DNA from: Bigelowiella natans CCMP2755
Taxonomy: Eukaryota; Protista; Cercozoa
Direction of reading: 5' to 3'
Length of the DNA: 64,000 nt
Assembly (NCBI GenBank): GCA_000320545.1
Contig: ADNK01000981.1
Coordinates: forward strand, 1-64,000
The notes beneath the pieces are model-generated. The model worked only from the letters and a program-made list of their open reading frames with translations, was not told where the DNA came from and searched no databases. This document shows positions 40,044 to 53,688 of this stretch, one piece after another. A program made the position numbers and the translations under genes. How positions within the stretch are numbered: the stretch's first letter is position 1; the number at the start of each line of letters is the position of its first letter.

Positions 40044-40759
40044 TTACACCCGTAATTAAATAAAAAACCGAAATACATGAGGATTGAATCTAACGACAAT
40101 GAATATATCACATGTGAATCATAAATTAGCAGCTGAGATACCGATATTCGAGAGATTACACTCTTCGAAACAGGACAGCTTTTCCGAAGATTTGTCGAAT
40201 ACTCCCGCAAAGCATGTAAGATTGCATAGCGTTTTAGGAAATAATACTGAAAAGAAGATTTATTGTCAGACTTAATAATCTAATGAATTGGATCGCTAAG
40301 ACTTTCCTATCCCATTTATTAATTATTACATTGTCAAGTTGAGTGCCATTTTCAGACAGATTCCAACATTGTTAATGATTAGATCAGGTTCCTACATCAT
40401 ACAATTTTTTCTTCCCTTCAAAGGATCTTATGCAGGGCTACGGTTGGAGAAATGCTAACTCACTGATATTTGAGTTCGGTCCGAGACTACTCTCAGCTTT
40501 CTCTCAAATTCTGGCAACAAGCTTCTACGACAAAATAATTAAACCTGTTGAACAGAATTGTTGCATGGGATGTTTCCTGTACAAGAATAACGATCAGCAG
40601 CAGCACTCTCCTTCAGCTGCACTTGGAACATTTCCTGTCAAGATTTAGGCATTATTTTATGCTGATTTAAACGATCATATTTATTGTCGTAGGTAAAAAA
40701 AATAGAATAATTTCGAAATCTTCTGATACTCTAGTTTCTAAACCCTAACCAGCCCTAGA

Positions 40760-41716
40760 ATGGCATCAACCTCCCCTCTTGGATCCTCGGAGTGCCAGGG
40801 ACTACCAGATCTCTCCAGGATTCCTACATCCTTTCTAGCCGCCGAAATTCAACGCCGCCTGAAATGTATCAGAGCTCCTGAGAAACGCCTGGTGTTGATC
40901 GGACCACCCGGTGCTGGTAAAGGTGTGAGCTTTTTCTGTGCTTTTTATGTTAGTATTAAGATTTCAATACCTTTCAGGAACACAGGCCCCGAAGATAGCA
41001 AAGGAATACTGTATATGCCGACTTGCAACCGGTGACATGCTTCGGGCAGCAATAGCCTCACACACACCTGTTGGAGAGAAAGCCCGCAAGGCCATGGAAT
41101 CAGGAAAACTTGTCAATGACGAATTAGTGATCGATATTCTGAAACAAAATCTAAACCAACCTCGTTGTCGTCGCGGATTTATTCTCGATGGTTTTCCTCG
41201 GACGGTAACTCAAGCGAAAAAGGTGGGTTTTGACTTCGCCATAACGCCATAAGATTAAACAAGACTAATAATTATGATGTTTTTAATTCCAGCTCGACGC
41301 CTACCTTGCTGAGTCGGGGACCAAGTTAGACGGAGCGATTGAGATGAAAGTACCCATCGGTACTATAACGGAACGTATTTCTGGAAGGCTTATCCACTCA
41401 AGAAGTGGAAGAGCATACCATCCAGTCTTCAAACCTCCCAAGAAGCCTGGAATCGATGACGTACCGTTGCTTATTTAAAATGATATATAGACCTCCTGTT
41501 TATTGATATGCTTATGTACAGGTTACGGGTGAGCAGCTGATAAAGAGAAATGATGACAATCCAGATATCTTGAGGAGCCGTTTTGACACATTCTGTAGAA
41601 TGACGACACCAGTGACAGAGCATTATGCGAAGCAGAATAAGCTTGCAAGTATAGATGGGGATAAGCCAGTAGAATCTGTCTTTACGGACATATGTAAGTA
41701 TATAAATGGGTCATGA
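40760..41716 (+). CDS. AK2: Adenylate kinase (AK2/ADK1 type, long LID), 4 exons
   Basis: [10 protein letters not shown]|[54 protein letters not shown]; introns about 55-70 nt. Confidence 0.95.
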
Positions 41717-42110
41717 ATGAAGAACGAAGGGTAGAAGACGATCATTTAACAAATCTGGTCATTCATGTAAAGGTTGTCTTATTAATTTCCAAGGAACAAT
41801 GTGTAACCCAAGATTCCGCATGAGGCGAATTGTGAATAGAATGAACATGTGATTTTCACAAAACCAGAACATAGACTTGCGTATATGTTCTACATGCCTT
41901 TGCCTCTTTGGGCAGGCATTGTTGGAAAAAGTGACACTGCTTCATTGCTTGCCTGGCCACTTGAAAAGCTCCGAAACTCAGTTGAGGACTTCTGTCGAAT
42001 CCTTTCATTACACGCAAAACCTGCGATGCGCTGCTGGTACTCGAAAGTGCATCATGCCAGTGTGCCGCCACAGTGCGATGTGCAGCTCACAATGGCACAA
42101 TGCTAGAATA

Positions 42111-43143
42111 GATGGCGGTGAAATTTGGACGACATTCGCAGGCAACATCATCGAGAATGCAATTTTTGCAATTGAAACTTGATTGTGTTGGTGGCATCGG
42201 CCATGCATCGCACACGCGTCTCACAAGCACTCGCTCGTTGCACGTCACATGGCTTGACATCATTGACATTCTCTGGATCTTGAAACTCCTCATCACGAAT
42301 GTGTGCGAATGATGAAACAGGTGCAGCGCCAGCTGGAAGTCAGGCTAGCAGGATCATCAGCCAGAAGTGTCAACTTGCCATGACATCCACTTTTGCCGGC
42401 TCCAATCAGCAATGAACTGGTGAAGGCCATCGTGTCCAATCGTGATCAAGCGAAAGCGAGTCAATCTGGAGAGGGCACTTGAGTCACGTTTGTTTCACGT
42501 CCATCGCTAGATCGGTGCGGCACTTGCGTGGACGGATGATCGGCGACCTGCTAGCCTGGCAGAGACAGAGACGCAGAGCTTGCACAATTCAACGTGCAAC
42601 CGAGCGCTCGCTAGCTCGGATCGGAACGCACCAAGCTACAAGTGTGTCCACCACGTCCAATGGACGTGTGTGTGATGTGCAAGTGACACTTCCACATCAC
42701 ACTGCACACACGACGTGTGCACAGTGTGCACCGTCTGAGATGAACCCTTCCGAGCCACAAAACGTCGACTCGCAAGCTGGCAAGGGAGACCAGGGTTTGT
42801 GCAGGTGTGTTTGGCGATTCGGGTTTTGTGTCAGCTAGCTAGCTGTGGCGGGGCTTGTCTCAGTCGTGCATCACCAGCAGATCACTCTGTTCTGGTCCAG
42901 TGGTGTTCCGTGCAATTGTGTTCCGTGCCTTCCACACTTTGAGAGCTTCGTCAATGAGTGTGGGGGACTCTCCTTGCTGGCTTGTCTCTTCGATGCAGAG
43001 CTTCTTCGGCGCACGTCGAAAGGGCTGAAATCGATCAAGACAAACAAACAACGTGATGATGGACTGAAACGTTGCAAGACCAAATGCTTGTGAACAATGA
43101 ACAATGAACAATGATGATGATGATTGTGGAATTGTTTTTTTTT
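42111..43143. other. TpA-depleted intergenic tract, probably a hypermutated repeat or relic sequence
   Basis: Hand count of 7 TpA in ~1030 bp, 6 in CTAG and 1 in CTAC; overlapping Tyr-free ORFs on both strands. Confidence 0.85.
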
Positions 43144-43370
43144 ACGTAGTTTAGAGAGAAAAACGCGGGCTCTTGTTGGTTTTCACTCGAGTGCTTCGTT
43201 GACAGTTGGCTGCAGCAGGGAATTCAGTTGAAGATTGTCAAAAAGGACTATGACGTAATTACCAAATACAGGGCATTTCATACAAACCTTTGGGTGTTTG
43301 CATATTCCCTCCCCTGCCCCTTCGCAAACGAGAATTTTCCAGCTTAGAGTTCTTATCTTGCCCCCTCATA

Positions 43371-43686
43371 ATGGCCACCGATAATCGAGTGCTGGGAAAG
43401 AGCGCCGAGACCCATCAATTCTTCCGTGAATATGCGCTTTTAGGGGACTATTCCACAGCCATGGTGTACTATGAAGGACTCAAGGCGCAGATCGAACTGT
43501 ACACTCTTCCCATTCCCATTATTTGCTTCTTTGTTTAGATTGATTGAATACAGCTATTGAACATTAAGCTCTAATTTATGCTCTGCTGGTGGTGATTTTC
43601 TGGATAGTTTCTACAAAGAGGTCGCAGAAGGAGAGACGAAGGAAAGATGGAAGAAATGTATCCAGCAGCTTAAGACGGAGTATGAG

Positions 43687-43723
<37 letters not shown>

Positions 43724-44478
43724 CCGTGGTGGTGGTGGTGGTAGTACGAATAGTAAGTAGGAGGAGTATTAGGAGTATAGTAGTAGCAATAGTAGTAGTA
43801 TAATAGTGATACCATTAGTATAAGTAGTGTATGCTACTAAATCGTTACAGTTGCAACCATATAGGTTTGTGTGTATGTGTGTGCATATGTGTGTTCTCCA
43901 ATTTAATTTTATGAAAACGGATGGGAGGAAGGATGTTGTAGCGTAGCACCCGTCTTTTCCCACATCGCAGCTATTCAGAAGACAATAACCTGCTTACACT
44001 GATATTCTTGCTCGCTTGCTTTAACACGCACTCATGCACCTAGATTGTGAAAGACATTGGTGCAGAGGTCGAATTCTTTAAGGTGATTCATATTACTACT
44101 ACTCTTCCCACCAAGCAAAATGATTATGCATTAGTGATGGTAGTATAGTAATATCTGTAACGCTGGGTTTTGTGGAAAGGGACAAAGGCTTGTTTCCCCA
44201 ACTCAAAACAATCACGCAAATGGACACATATACATTCACATATATCACATATGTAAGATTTTACACTAACTATTACGATAAAGGACCCCCCAGGGAAGCC
44301 TCGACGCCAGATTTCATCGACACCAACGTCATCATCCACACCTCCAGCAGGGGCGAAAACGGGGATAACATCGGTGATACAAGCACTTCATTGATTTTTT
44401 TTATAAAACTGAAAAGATTGCCACAAACAAGAGCCTCTGTTTATATTTCTGTAGCAACCTTGCGTCAATATGACTTTG

Positions 44479-44509
<31 letters not shown>

Positions 44510-45146
44510 TGAGTGTTTAATTATATATTGCTTATATTACTTCGTGTGCTTGCAAATATTGTAGTCGAAAGCGGCAGCAGCAGCAGTTGAGCTGGCCCCC
44601 AAACCCCCTGTTGATAAGGATGTATGGCCAGCACCACCGCCACGGACTACAAACCACCACCAGAGTAATAATAATAATAATGACAAATAATAATACCCAG
44701 AATATTTGGAATATCATCAAATAAGATAATAGATATAAGCCACAAGACCGAGCATACTGGGCAGATGCATGCTGCTTTCCTTACAAACACCGGATCCGAC
44801 ATAATTTTACCACCAAAAATGAAGTTCTGGATAAAATAAAGTTGATTACTGCGTTTTAAGAGTAATGTCAAAACCGACGAATATTAACAAGGTTGCTGCT
44901 ATTTACTTCTATGAACAAAGAAGTAGTAGTAGCTACAAAAAACTCGTTATGATCACTTGAAGTTGCACCGTCCGTCTTCAAATTTAATTCTCATCATATT
45001 ATGTACAACGATGCTGATATCGATGCTGCTCTGTTACAACCACCACAGGCAGCTACGCTCCTCCTGCTCGATCATCGGATTCACATAGGAGTAACAGTAA
45101 ACAAAGGTAGGTGGTAGTTCCTTACTACGTAACATAGCGCTGCACA

Positions 45147-45181
<35 letters not shown>

Positions 45182-45459
45182 CCCTCACACGCTACGTTTA
45201 CTACTACTACTATAGTTCTTTACCTTCTTGGGCACAACCACGATCATCTTCACGACGCGACAAGACCCCGGAGGTAGTACCTTTGTTAGTATTAGTAGTA
45301 ACTTCGAATGTGTTTCTTACTACTTCTAGATGCTGCTGTTGTTACCACACCATTGCTCCCCTCCCGCCCCCACCTCATCTTTCCATAGTCATCATTTCAT
45401 CGCAGTGTCATCATATTCTCATAATCATTATCAATTGTGATTGGACATGAGACGATTGC

Positions 45460-45494
<35 letters not shown>

Positions 45495-45632
45495 GTTTGA
45501 CGTTACTATTCCTCTCCTCTTTCTCCACTTGATTAAGGTGAGAGCTAGTCGAAAGAGCACTGGAGCAGAGAGTAGGAGAAAAGGCCACTCTTCAAGGTCA
45601 GTGAGTCCAAAATTAGTCGTACTCATGATAGC

Positions 45633-45670
<38 letters not shown>

Positions 45671-46125
45671 TAAAATTGGATGGTCTACTGGTTCTTTTTG
45701 GTGGCGATAGTTTCGTGGTTTCAATTATTCGAATTAAGATCATCATCATCATCATCACCATCATCATCATACTATTATGCATATCTCATCAGTGGAGACA
45801 AGAAGTCCAAATACAGTGGCTACAGCTCTGCAGCATCAGTTCGGTAATGATGTCTCAACAACAACAACAACAATCAGCACAACGATGAACATGTTACGTG
45901 GTACATGGGCAGGTCAAGATATGGTCGTGGTGTGGGAGCTAGCAGTGTGTCTTCTCGTGCGAGATCCAAAGATTCAAGATCCACCAAATCCACGGTAAGA
46001 ATATGTCAATAATAATAATAATAATAATAATAGTAATGATAATGATAATAATTGTTATAGCAAATTGAGGAGAACATAGGACAAATTTTTGAAGGAAGAA
46101 ATGATAAACGACTTGTTACGAAGAG

Positions 46126-46162
<37 letters not shown>

Positions 46163-46456
46163 AATTATAGGGTAAGAAATCGTCTTCCTCAAAAAAGAGC
46201 GACAGCAAGAAGATTAAAGCGTAATGAGAACAAGAATAAGAACAACAACTACAAGATATTGTCATTTCGTGTTAATTATTTTTCACTAGTACAGAATTAT
46301 AAAATGCTGCTCCAACAATATCATCGTTTCATGCATTCAAATGCTAAGTTCTAAGAACCATGCTCACTGACTATTGCTGCAACTGCTACTACGTACTCTC
46401 CATAGGTATGAGGCACCTCCAGGAGATGAAGCTCTTGTTGAGCACATAGAGCGTAA

Positions 46457-46491
<35 letters not shown>

Positions 46492-47492
46492 TTACTATAC
46501 TGCACTTAAAATATATCACTAAGGATAGTTTTTTCTGTCGTTTGTTTGTTCGCCTATTTTGCCAATTTATTGTCATCATATTTTAGAATTTTTCGAGTTT
46601 ATATATATAAACACACACACACGACATACATACATAAATATAAAAATCAGGAAATGTGCTTGACAAGAAACCTGGAGTGCGATTTGCGGATATTGCAGAA
46701 CTTCACAAGGTAGCTATAGTACTACTACTACTAGTAGTAGTTGTTTTTGTATGGTGTCAAGCACACTGCACTAAATCTTCACTAGGCTGCAGCATTAATG
46801 TTATCATCATTATCGTTATCAGGCAAAAACTCTTCTTGAAGAGGCAGTTGTCCTCCCTCTTGTTATGCCAGGATATTTCCGGTAGTAAGCACGTGCATAA
46901 GTGCAGATATCTAAATTTCGATGTTAATAGCATTACTACATCAACAATTCTGCTCTTGTGTGAGTATAGATCGGTCAATTATTATCATATCACATCATCA
47001 TTTTTGCTGCTGCTGCTGCTGCTGCTATGTTGTCATCATCAGAGGTATTCGTCGGCCCTGGAAGGGTGTATTGATGTTCGGACCTCCAGGTACGTAAAAG
47101 GAGTGCAACTGAGTATGTTTGTGTGAGTCAGTGAGTGAGTGAGTGTGTTTGGTGGTACGGTGCTATTAGCGTAGTAACATTAAGTATATTACATATAGTC
47201 GAATAAAGTTGTTGTCTCTTCTTCTTCTTTGTAGGAACAGGGAAGACCATGCTTGCAAAAGCTGTCGCCACGGTTAATAGTTTGCCACTAGCAGTAGTAT
47301 TAGTTAGGAGTACTAGTAGTAGTACCATGCTGCTTGTCACCTCAACCGTACATCTTGCTACCAGGAGTGCAATACGACTTTCTTTGCGGTCTCCGCATCG
47401 ACTTTGACATCAAAATGGCGTGGAGAATCAGGTAATGAATGGTTGTGATTAGTAGTGGTGCTACTAGTAGTATTATCGTTGTTATGAATGAT

Positions 47493-47523
<31 letters not shown>

Positions 47524-48859
47524 TAGTAGCATTAGTGGGGGAAAAGAGAAGATGAACATCACCATTGTCATCATCATCATTATTATTATTATGATCATAC
47601 AACAGAGAAACTGGTGCACACATTGTTTGAAATGGCTCGTCACTACGCTCCTTCCACCATCTTCTTTGACGAAATCGACGCTCTTGGTAAAAAAAGAACA
47701 AGGGGAGGCAGAGGGAGGAGGGCACTGGCTGCTGCTGCTACTGTTTAGATAGTATGAATATTACACACAACTAGACATGCATAATAGCTTGAATGCTTAA
47801 CGGTAGAAGTGCTAGTAGTATGTGCGAGGAGTAGCAGTAGTACAGAAGTGAGTGGTAGTTGTAGTGCTACATGATCAACGATTATTACTACAACTCATAT
47901 TAGTAGTAGTAGTAACACGACGATGGTGCATTCATTATGATTTTGGTGTATGTATGCTATATTTGTGTATGTTGTTATTATCAGCTTCGGCACGTGGCGC
48001 ATCTGGAGAGCATGAAGCATCAAGGAGGGTAACTATTATAGTGGTTATTGTTCTTATTGTGCATGTAGTGTTGACTTACAAGAAAATAACCCTACTAATC
48101 AAACTCACTATAATCATCACAGGTAAAGTCGCAGTTGTTGGTAGAAATGGACGGTGCGGGGTCTTCATCAGATCCTAACAAGGTAGTAGTAGTAGTAGTA
48201 GTAGTAGTACTGGTGATGATCATGATGATGCAATTATTACCACTATCGATGCTGGTGCTAGTAGCAGTTGCCTCAGCAACTAGTATTTGCTCTACAACAT
48301 ATATTTGTTGAATAAATAACACGTGATTTACTTGTTTTGTTGTCGTTTTTCTTGCACGTAGATCGTGATGGTACTTGCTGCTACAAACCTTCCATGGTAG
48401 TAGTAGTAGTAGTAGTAGTATACATTAGGAGATTATTCGCTACTTATTTTGACTTGCGTTCGAATTATTTCTACTCGCCAATATGTTGCGCCAACATCAT
48501 CATCATCATCAACAACAACAACAACAAGGTCTTTGGATGAAGCTCTTAAACGGCGTCTCGAGAAACGAATATGTACGTATTCATTGTTGTATTCGGTGAT
48601 GATGAAGATGATGAGAAGGAGGAGGAGAAATGATTGGTGTTAATGCTGTTTGTTGTCATCCTAGACCGGAACATGACGACATGTTACCCCACCCCCCCCC
48701 CCTCTTGTGTGTTGTTGGTACTGAATACTGATGTGTGTCTTCTTCTTCCTCCTCCTCCTCCTCCTCCTAGACATTCCTCTTCCAAACGAGAAAGCACGAA
48801 TTGAATTGTTTAAAATCAACTCAAGAGGTTTGAAAATCGATGAGGATGTGGACTATGAG

Positions 48860-48903
<44 letters not shown>

Positions 48904-48970
48904 GACCATGTGTGTTAAGATGATTTTTACCTCCACCACTCGATGATCGTAGTAACCCTCATATCATCAC

Positions 48971-49006
<36 letters not shown>

Positions 49007-49091
49007 AATATTATTTATTATTCTAGGAATTGTCTAAAGTTACGGAAGGATACAGTGGAGCTGATATTACCATCGTATGCGTTAGTAGTAA

Positions 49092-49123
<32 letters not shown>

Positions 49124-49349
49124 ATGGTACAAGTATTTATCATCATAACCACCATCATCAACCACAATTAATTTACAGTTGTGCCGAGATGCTTCTATGA
49201 TGTCGCTAAGGAAGAAAATCGAAGGTAATGAGGTGTATGATGATGATTCAAATGTCTTGATATGCATTTCCTATTATTATTCTTTTCGTTCATCATCGCA
49301 ACTAGATGCACATCAGCTTATTTCCAGGCATGTGTTGATATATGTTGTG

Positions 49350-49381
<32 letters not shown>

Positions 49382-49928
49382 GTCGTTGACTTGCTCTTGC
49401 TGCATCGTGTTACATGAAATCATCAGATGTAAGAGCACGTGGCCAAGGACTAAGGGATTTGGGGAAAAATGAAGGTATGTTGAATATGAGGGTGATGATT
49501 CTATTCCTTAGTAAACTGAAAAATAATGATGATGTGTTTGCTGCTATGATAGATTTGGAGGACCCGATTACTCACCAGGACTTTCTGGACGCATGCAAAA
49601 AAATCCAGGTACAACTACAACGACAGCAACAAGCTACCTGTAGTGGGGGGGGGGGGAGAGGAAGAGGAGGAGTAATAATGAGAGAAGCAGTATGAGTAAC
49701 CCGTCATCATTCGTGGTGGTAGTAGTAGTAGTAGTCTTAGTGGTGGTGGTGGTGGTGGTGCTGCTGCTGCTGGAGAGTGGCAGTGACAATACATTAATCA
49801 ATTAAAACAACACGCTACTACCACAACTACTTCTTCTACTACTATTCCTGGTACGTACATAGAGCTCTGTGGGGAAGGACGACCTCAAAAAGTATGCAGA
49901 TTGGATGACTGAGTTTGGATCGGCCTAA
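43371..49928 (+). CDS. KATNA1: Katanin p60 catalytic subunit A1 (MIT + AAA ATPase), about 28 exons
   Basis: [18 protein letters not shown] (MIT), [98 protein letters not shown]-stop; all junctions GT-AG. Confidence 0.97.
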
Positions 49929-50999
49929 TCGTGTATCATTCATACTCATTGTTGTTGCTCCAAGTAGAGTACTTTCAAGATGTTGTTATCATCATTATTA
50001 TTAGCACATTGTGCGTGCTTGCGACAACGACAATGGTATACGTACGTGATATCAACAAATAATAAATATGTGTCATTGTGCTGTCGTAGTGTATCACCAT
50101 GTGCGGAGCTCATAAAGATTGAAAATGTTCACAATTGTGAACATCGTTTCTCTTCATTAGAAGTACTATGCATGTACGCGTCGCAGGCGCATGCAACAAC
50201 ATCGACAATTTGCAATCATAAAGCACATAATCATTGAAACAAACCAATGTAACATAGCGCTGCTAGGCTGCTGTCTAGCTGCACGTAGCCGCTCTCTAGC
50301 TCGATCTGCACAGCTAGACAGCTAAATTAGGATGGCTATGTTGCAAAAATGTATTCATTCCATGACGTCGGGTACATCTTGCCCTACAAATGTGATTACA
50401 TGCCATGCGTACTAGCGCTATAACGTAAAGCTGTACATACATACATACAGAAAAAATAAGACACAGCAGCTATACTAGTATAATAATAAAGCGCGTCATG
50501 CTCACAGCTACATACAACTCTAATACCAGTTACGCACGCTAGCGTGGCTAGACGGCTAGCTAGCTATAGACAGGTAAAGAGAGAGAGTTGTATCGACTGT
50601 TTTGTTTGTTGACACACGCTGCTAGCCCCGCGTGCACTAGTTAGTGCAGGTAGCAGCTATACTAACTATATATGTTTAGCAGTCCACGTTTTTTTGCAGT
50701 GATTGAACGCATGCATGTTGTACGTGGGCGGCAGGCGTTGCTATGCTTATCGTTTAGATCGTAGTGTAGTCGATCATACTATACACTACTATCTTAGCGA
50801 CTATGACTTGAATGCTAGAATGGCTGTCGCAGCAGCAATTTATGTCTTCTATGCACTATATGAGACGCTGAGCCTATATCTGATCCGACAAAACATGTTT
50901 CATCATCGTAAGCAGGAGTTATGTAATTAGCTGCGCAAATAGCTAGGATGCGCTTCTATGGCCCTCCAGCTATTTACAGCCTTCTTCTTTGTGTACTTA

Positions 51000-51619
51000 C
51001 TATCCCGTACGCCTCTTGCTACTACCACTACTACTTCTACTACCACCATTACTATTTCTACTTTTTGTCTGGTTTCGAAGTGCTTCTAAGGTGACTTTCA
51101 TGTAACCGGCCTGTTAACATCAACAACAACATGTATTTGGAAGAATTTCTTTTTTCTTGTGACATGCACCTTCTATCCATGCAAGAACAGGTGCGTGCTG
51201 AGAGACTGGCTGGTGTGTGTGTGTGTGTTTGATGCCTACACTATTACTACCTCTGGTACTTGTACCGTCGTCACCTTTTCGGTAATCGGATGTGCGAATT
51301 GGAGCTTGTACGCCTAATATTACAAGCAAACACGCACACGCACGCACCCACATCAATAGTGTATATTTATGTGTTGGGGTCTAGAGCTAATTATCCTCAA
51401 TGAAATTTCGCATCTTTGATATCGAAGGAAATATGATCACCACCAGGGTGGGAAAAGCAGCAGCAAAGGGACACCTGTAAAGCTTGGCCCTTGGTAGGAG
51501 GGAGAGAAAATGGGTGATGAAATCCGCGTGCATACCTAGGGGTATGGAACAATTAAAATATTGAGAGTTGCATCCCCTATCTCATCATCATTATCATTAT
51601 CATCATCATCCTGGATCTC

Positions 51620-51669
<50 letters not shown>

Positions 51670-51842
51670 CATACGATTGGTGATTACATACACTGGATCG
51701 CCTAAGAGGGGGTGGTTAATGTGCCTCATATGAGCACGAATTTGATGCTGCCGTCCGGTCTCTAAATCGCACTCCACCAACGCTGCTTTTCCTAGATGAT
51801 GAGCATGATGATGATTTACACACACACACACACACATGAGAG

Positions 51843-51883
<41 letters not shown>

Positions 51884-52039
51884 ATACCACCACCACTAGA
51901 ACAGTAGGAGGATGATAGTTTTCTGTATATTTGACCCAATAGCAGAGACAGGATTATTATGTTATTTTACCATCAAATCGTTCGAGGACTTTGTAGTGTG
52001 TAACGGCATGCCGCCCAGTTGGATTAACGGCTATACCTA

Positions 52040-52077
<38 letters not shown>

Positions 52078-52805
52078 TAACAACAGCAACAACATGCATC
52101 ATAGTGATGAAAGATGATGATGATGATGATGATTATGATCAAAATCACCCTTCTGACCACTACAGTTATTATCATCATCATCATTACGTTTAAGCCTGTG
52201 ATCGATTTTAAGAGGCGCGTTAATCGTTCCTCGGTCCTTGGGAGGGTCTCCTGATTATATGTAACAATAATAATCAATATAGTTGAGACAACCATTTCTA
52301 TATGTTGTGTTAGGCACTTATATACTAAAATTATCTTTCCTTTCTGTTCTATTCTTCTCACTTTTCCCTTCTTCTTCTTCTTCTTCTTCTTCTTCTTCTA
52401 CTTCTTCTTCTTCTTCTTCTTCTCCTTCTACTCGTTCTATTAAACACATCATGCTGCTGACCGACCAAAAACTATTGCACGATATGTCCTCCTAGCTGTG
52501 TGTGCTTTGATTTGTGCTGCTAGGTGCCGATGTGCCTTGTCCGTCTACAATGGAGGGAGGAGGAGGCAGAAGAAGAAGGGCGATAACAACGGAAATTGAC
52601 AAGATATTTAATTGTAACAAAAATACCAGTGAGGGGTTATTACGTCATTACCATGTGATACACCACCACTCCTCCTCCTCCTCCTCCTCCTACTACTACT
52701 ACTACTACTTTTGCTATGAGAAGCAGCCCTTCTGTATCTCGATCAAGGCGATGGACTATACCAGGACGTATCACGCTAGAGAGGGGGGGGAGGAGGAGGA
52801 GGAGG

Positions 52806-52844
<39 letters not shown>

Positions 52845-53646
52845 ACACACCACAATCACGACTTACAACAAACACGTGGCTTGTTGCATTAGCATGCTCG
52901 CCATCATCATCATCATCATCATGATTATAGTTGCCGTAATCTTCATCAATTCGAAGGAGGTTGCTTTGAGGATGATACTTGAGTAGTAAGAATAGTGGTA
53001 GTAGTAGTAGCACTAGTACCCGTTAATTGAAGACAGCCGCCCACGACATTTGTATAACACCGCGCTTACGAGAGTCCTGAAGAGAACATCATCACAGCAT
53101 TTCAACAACAACAATCACTGACACATGTGCAGCCTGACATGTCCCAGATATACAACAAGGCACCACACACACAGACATACACACACACACGCACGCAGTT
53201 ATGGCACTACATGCAGGCACTAACCCATTGAATTCCCTCGGTGTTGGATGCGTGAGCATGCCAGCAGGTTTGCAGACTACAAGCATTTCTAAGTGAAGAG
53301 AAGCAGATATAAAGAGGAAGAGAAGGAGGAGGCGAAAAGGGAGATTAGTTACATGACAACACCCAAAAACAATAATTATCACAGGCTCATCTTATCGCTA
53401 TTCAGTCTCCCCACTGCTCCCCTCCTCCTCCTCATCAACAATCTTCTTTTCTTTTATTTATATGTTGTCCCACCACAACCAGCAGAAGGCTCCTAACCTT
53501 TATCTTCAAAAACAACATCTATAGGAAGATCTTCTGGAAGAAGTTGCATATGCACAGGGTCGGGTACATTCAGGGCCACAACATCTCCTGTATAGACAAT
53601 GATGAGATCAATGGGGAGGAGGATAACAACGATTTAGAAGAATGTT

Positions 53647-53688
<42 letters not shown>

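Noticed and set aside
40738-40760. Telomere-like taaaccctaa / ccctaga just before the AK2 ATG
   Set aside because: Only one or two degenerate units; could be a telo-box but is indistinguishable from chance here.
41849-43111. Cluster of overlapping 66-119 aa ORFs on both strands
   Set aside because: TpA loss removes TAA/TAG stops and Tyr codons, so open frames arise passively. No recognisable domain, although a decayed element cannot be excluded.
43371-49928. Non-standard genetic code or non-canonical introns
   Set aside because: Katanin splices completely with GT-AG and the standard code; the calcineurin and AK2 junctions checked agree.
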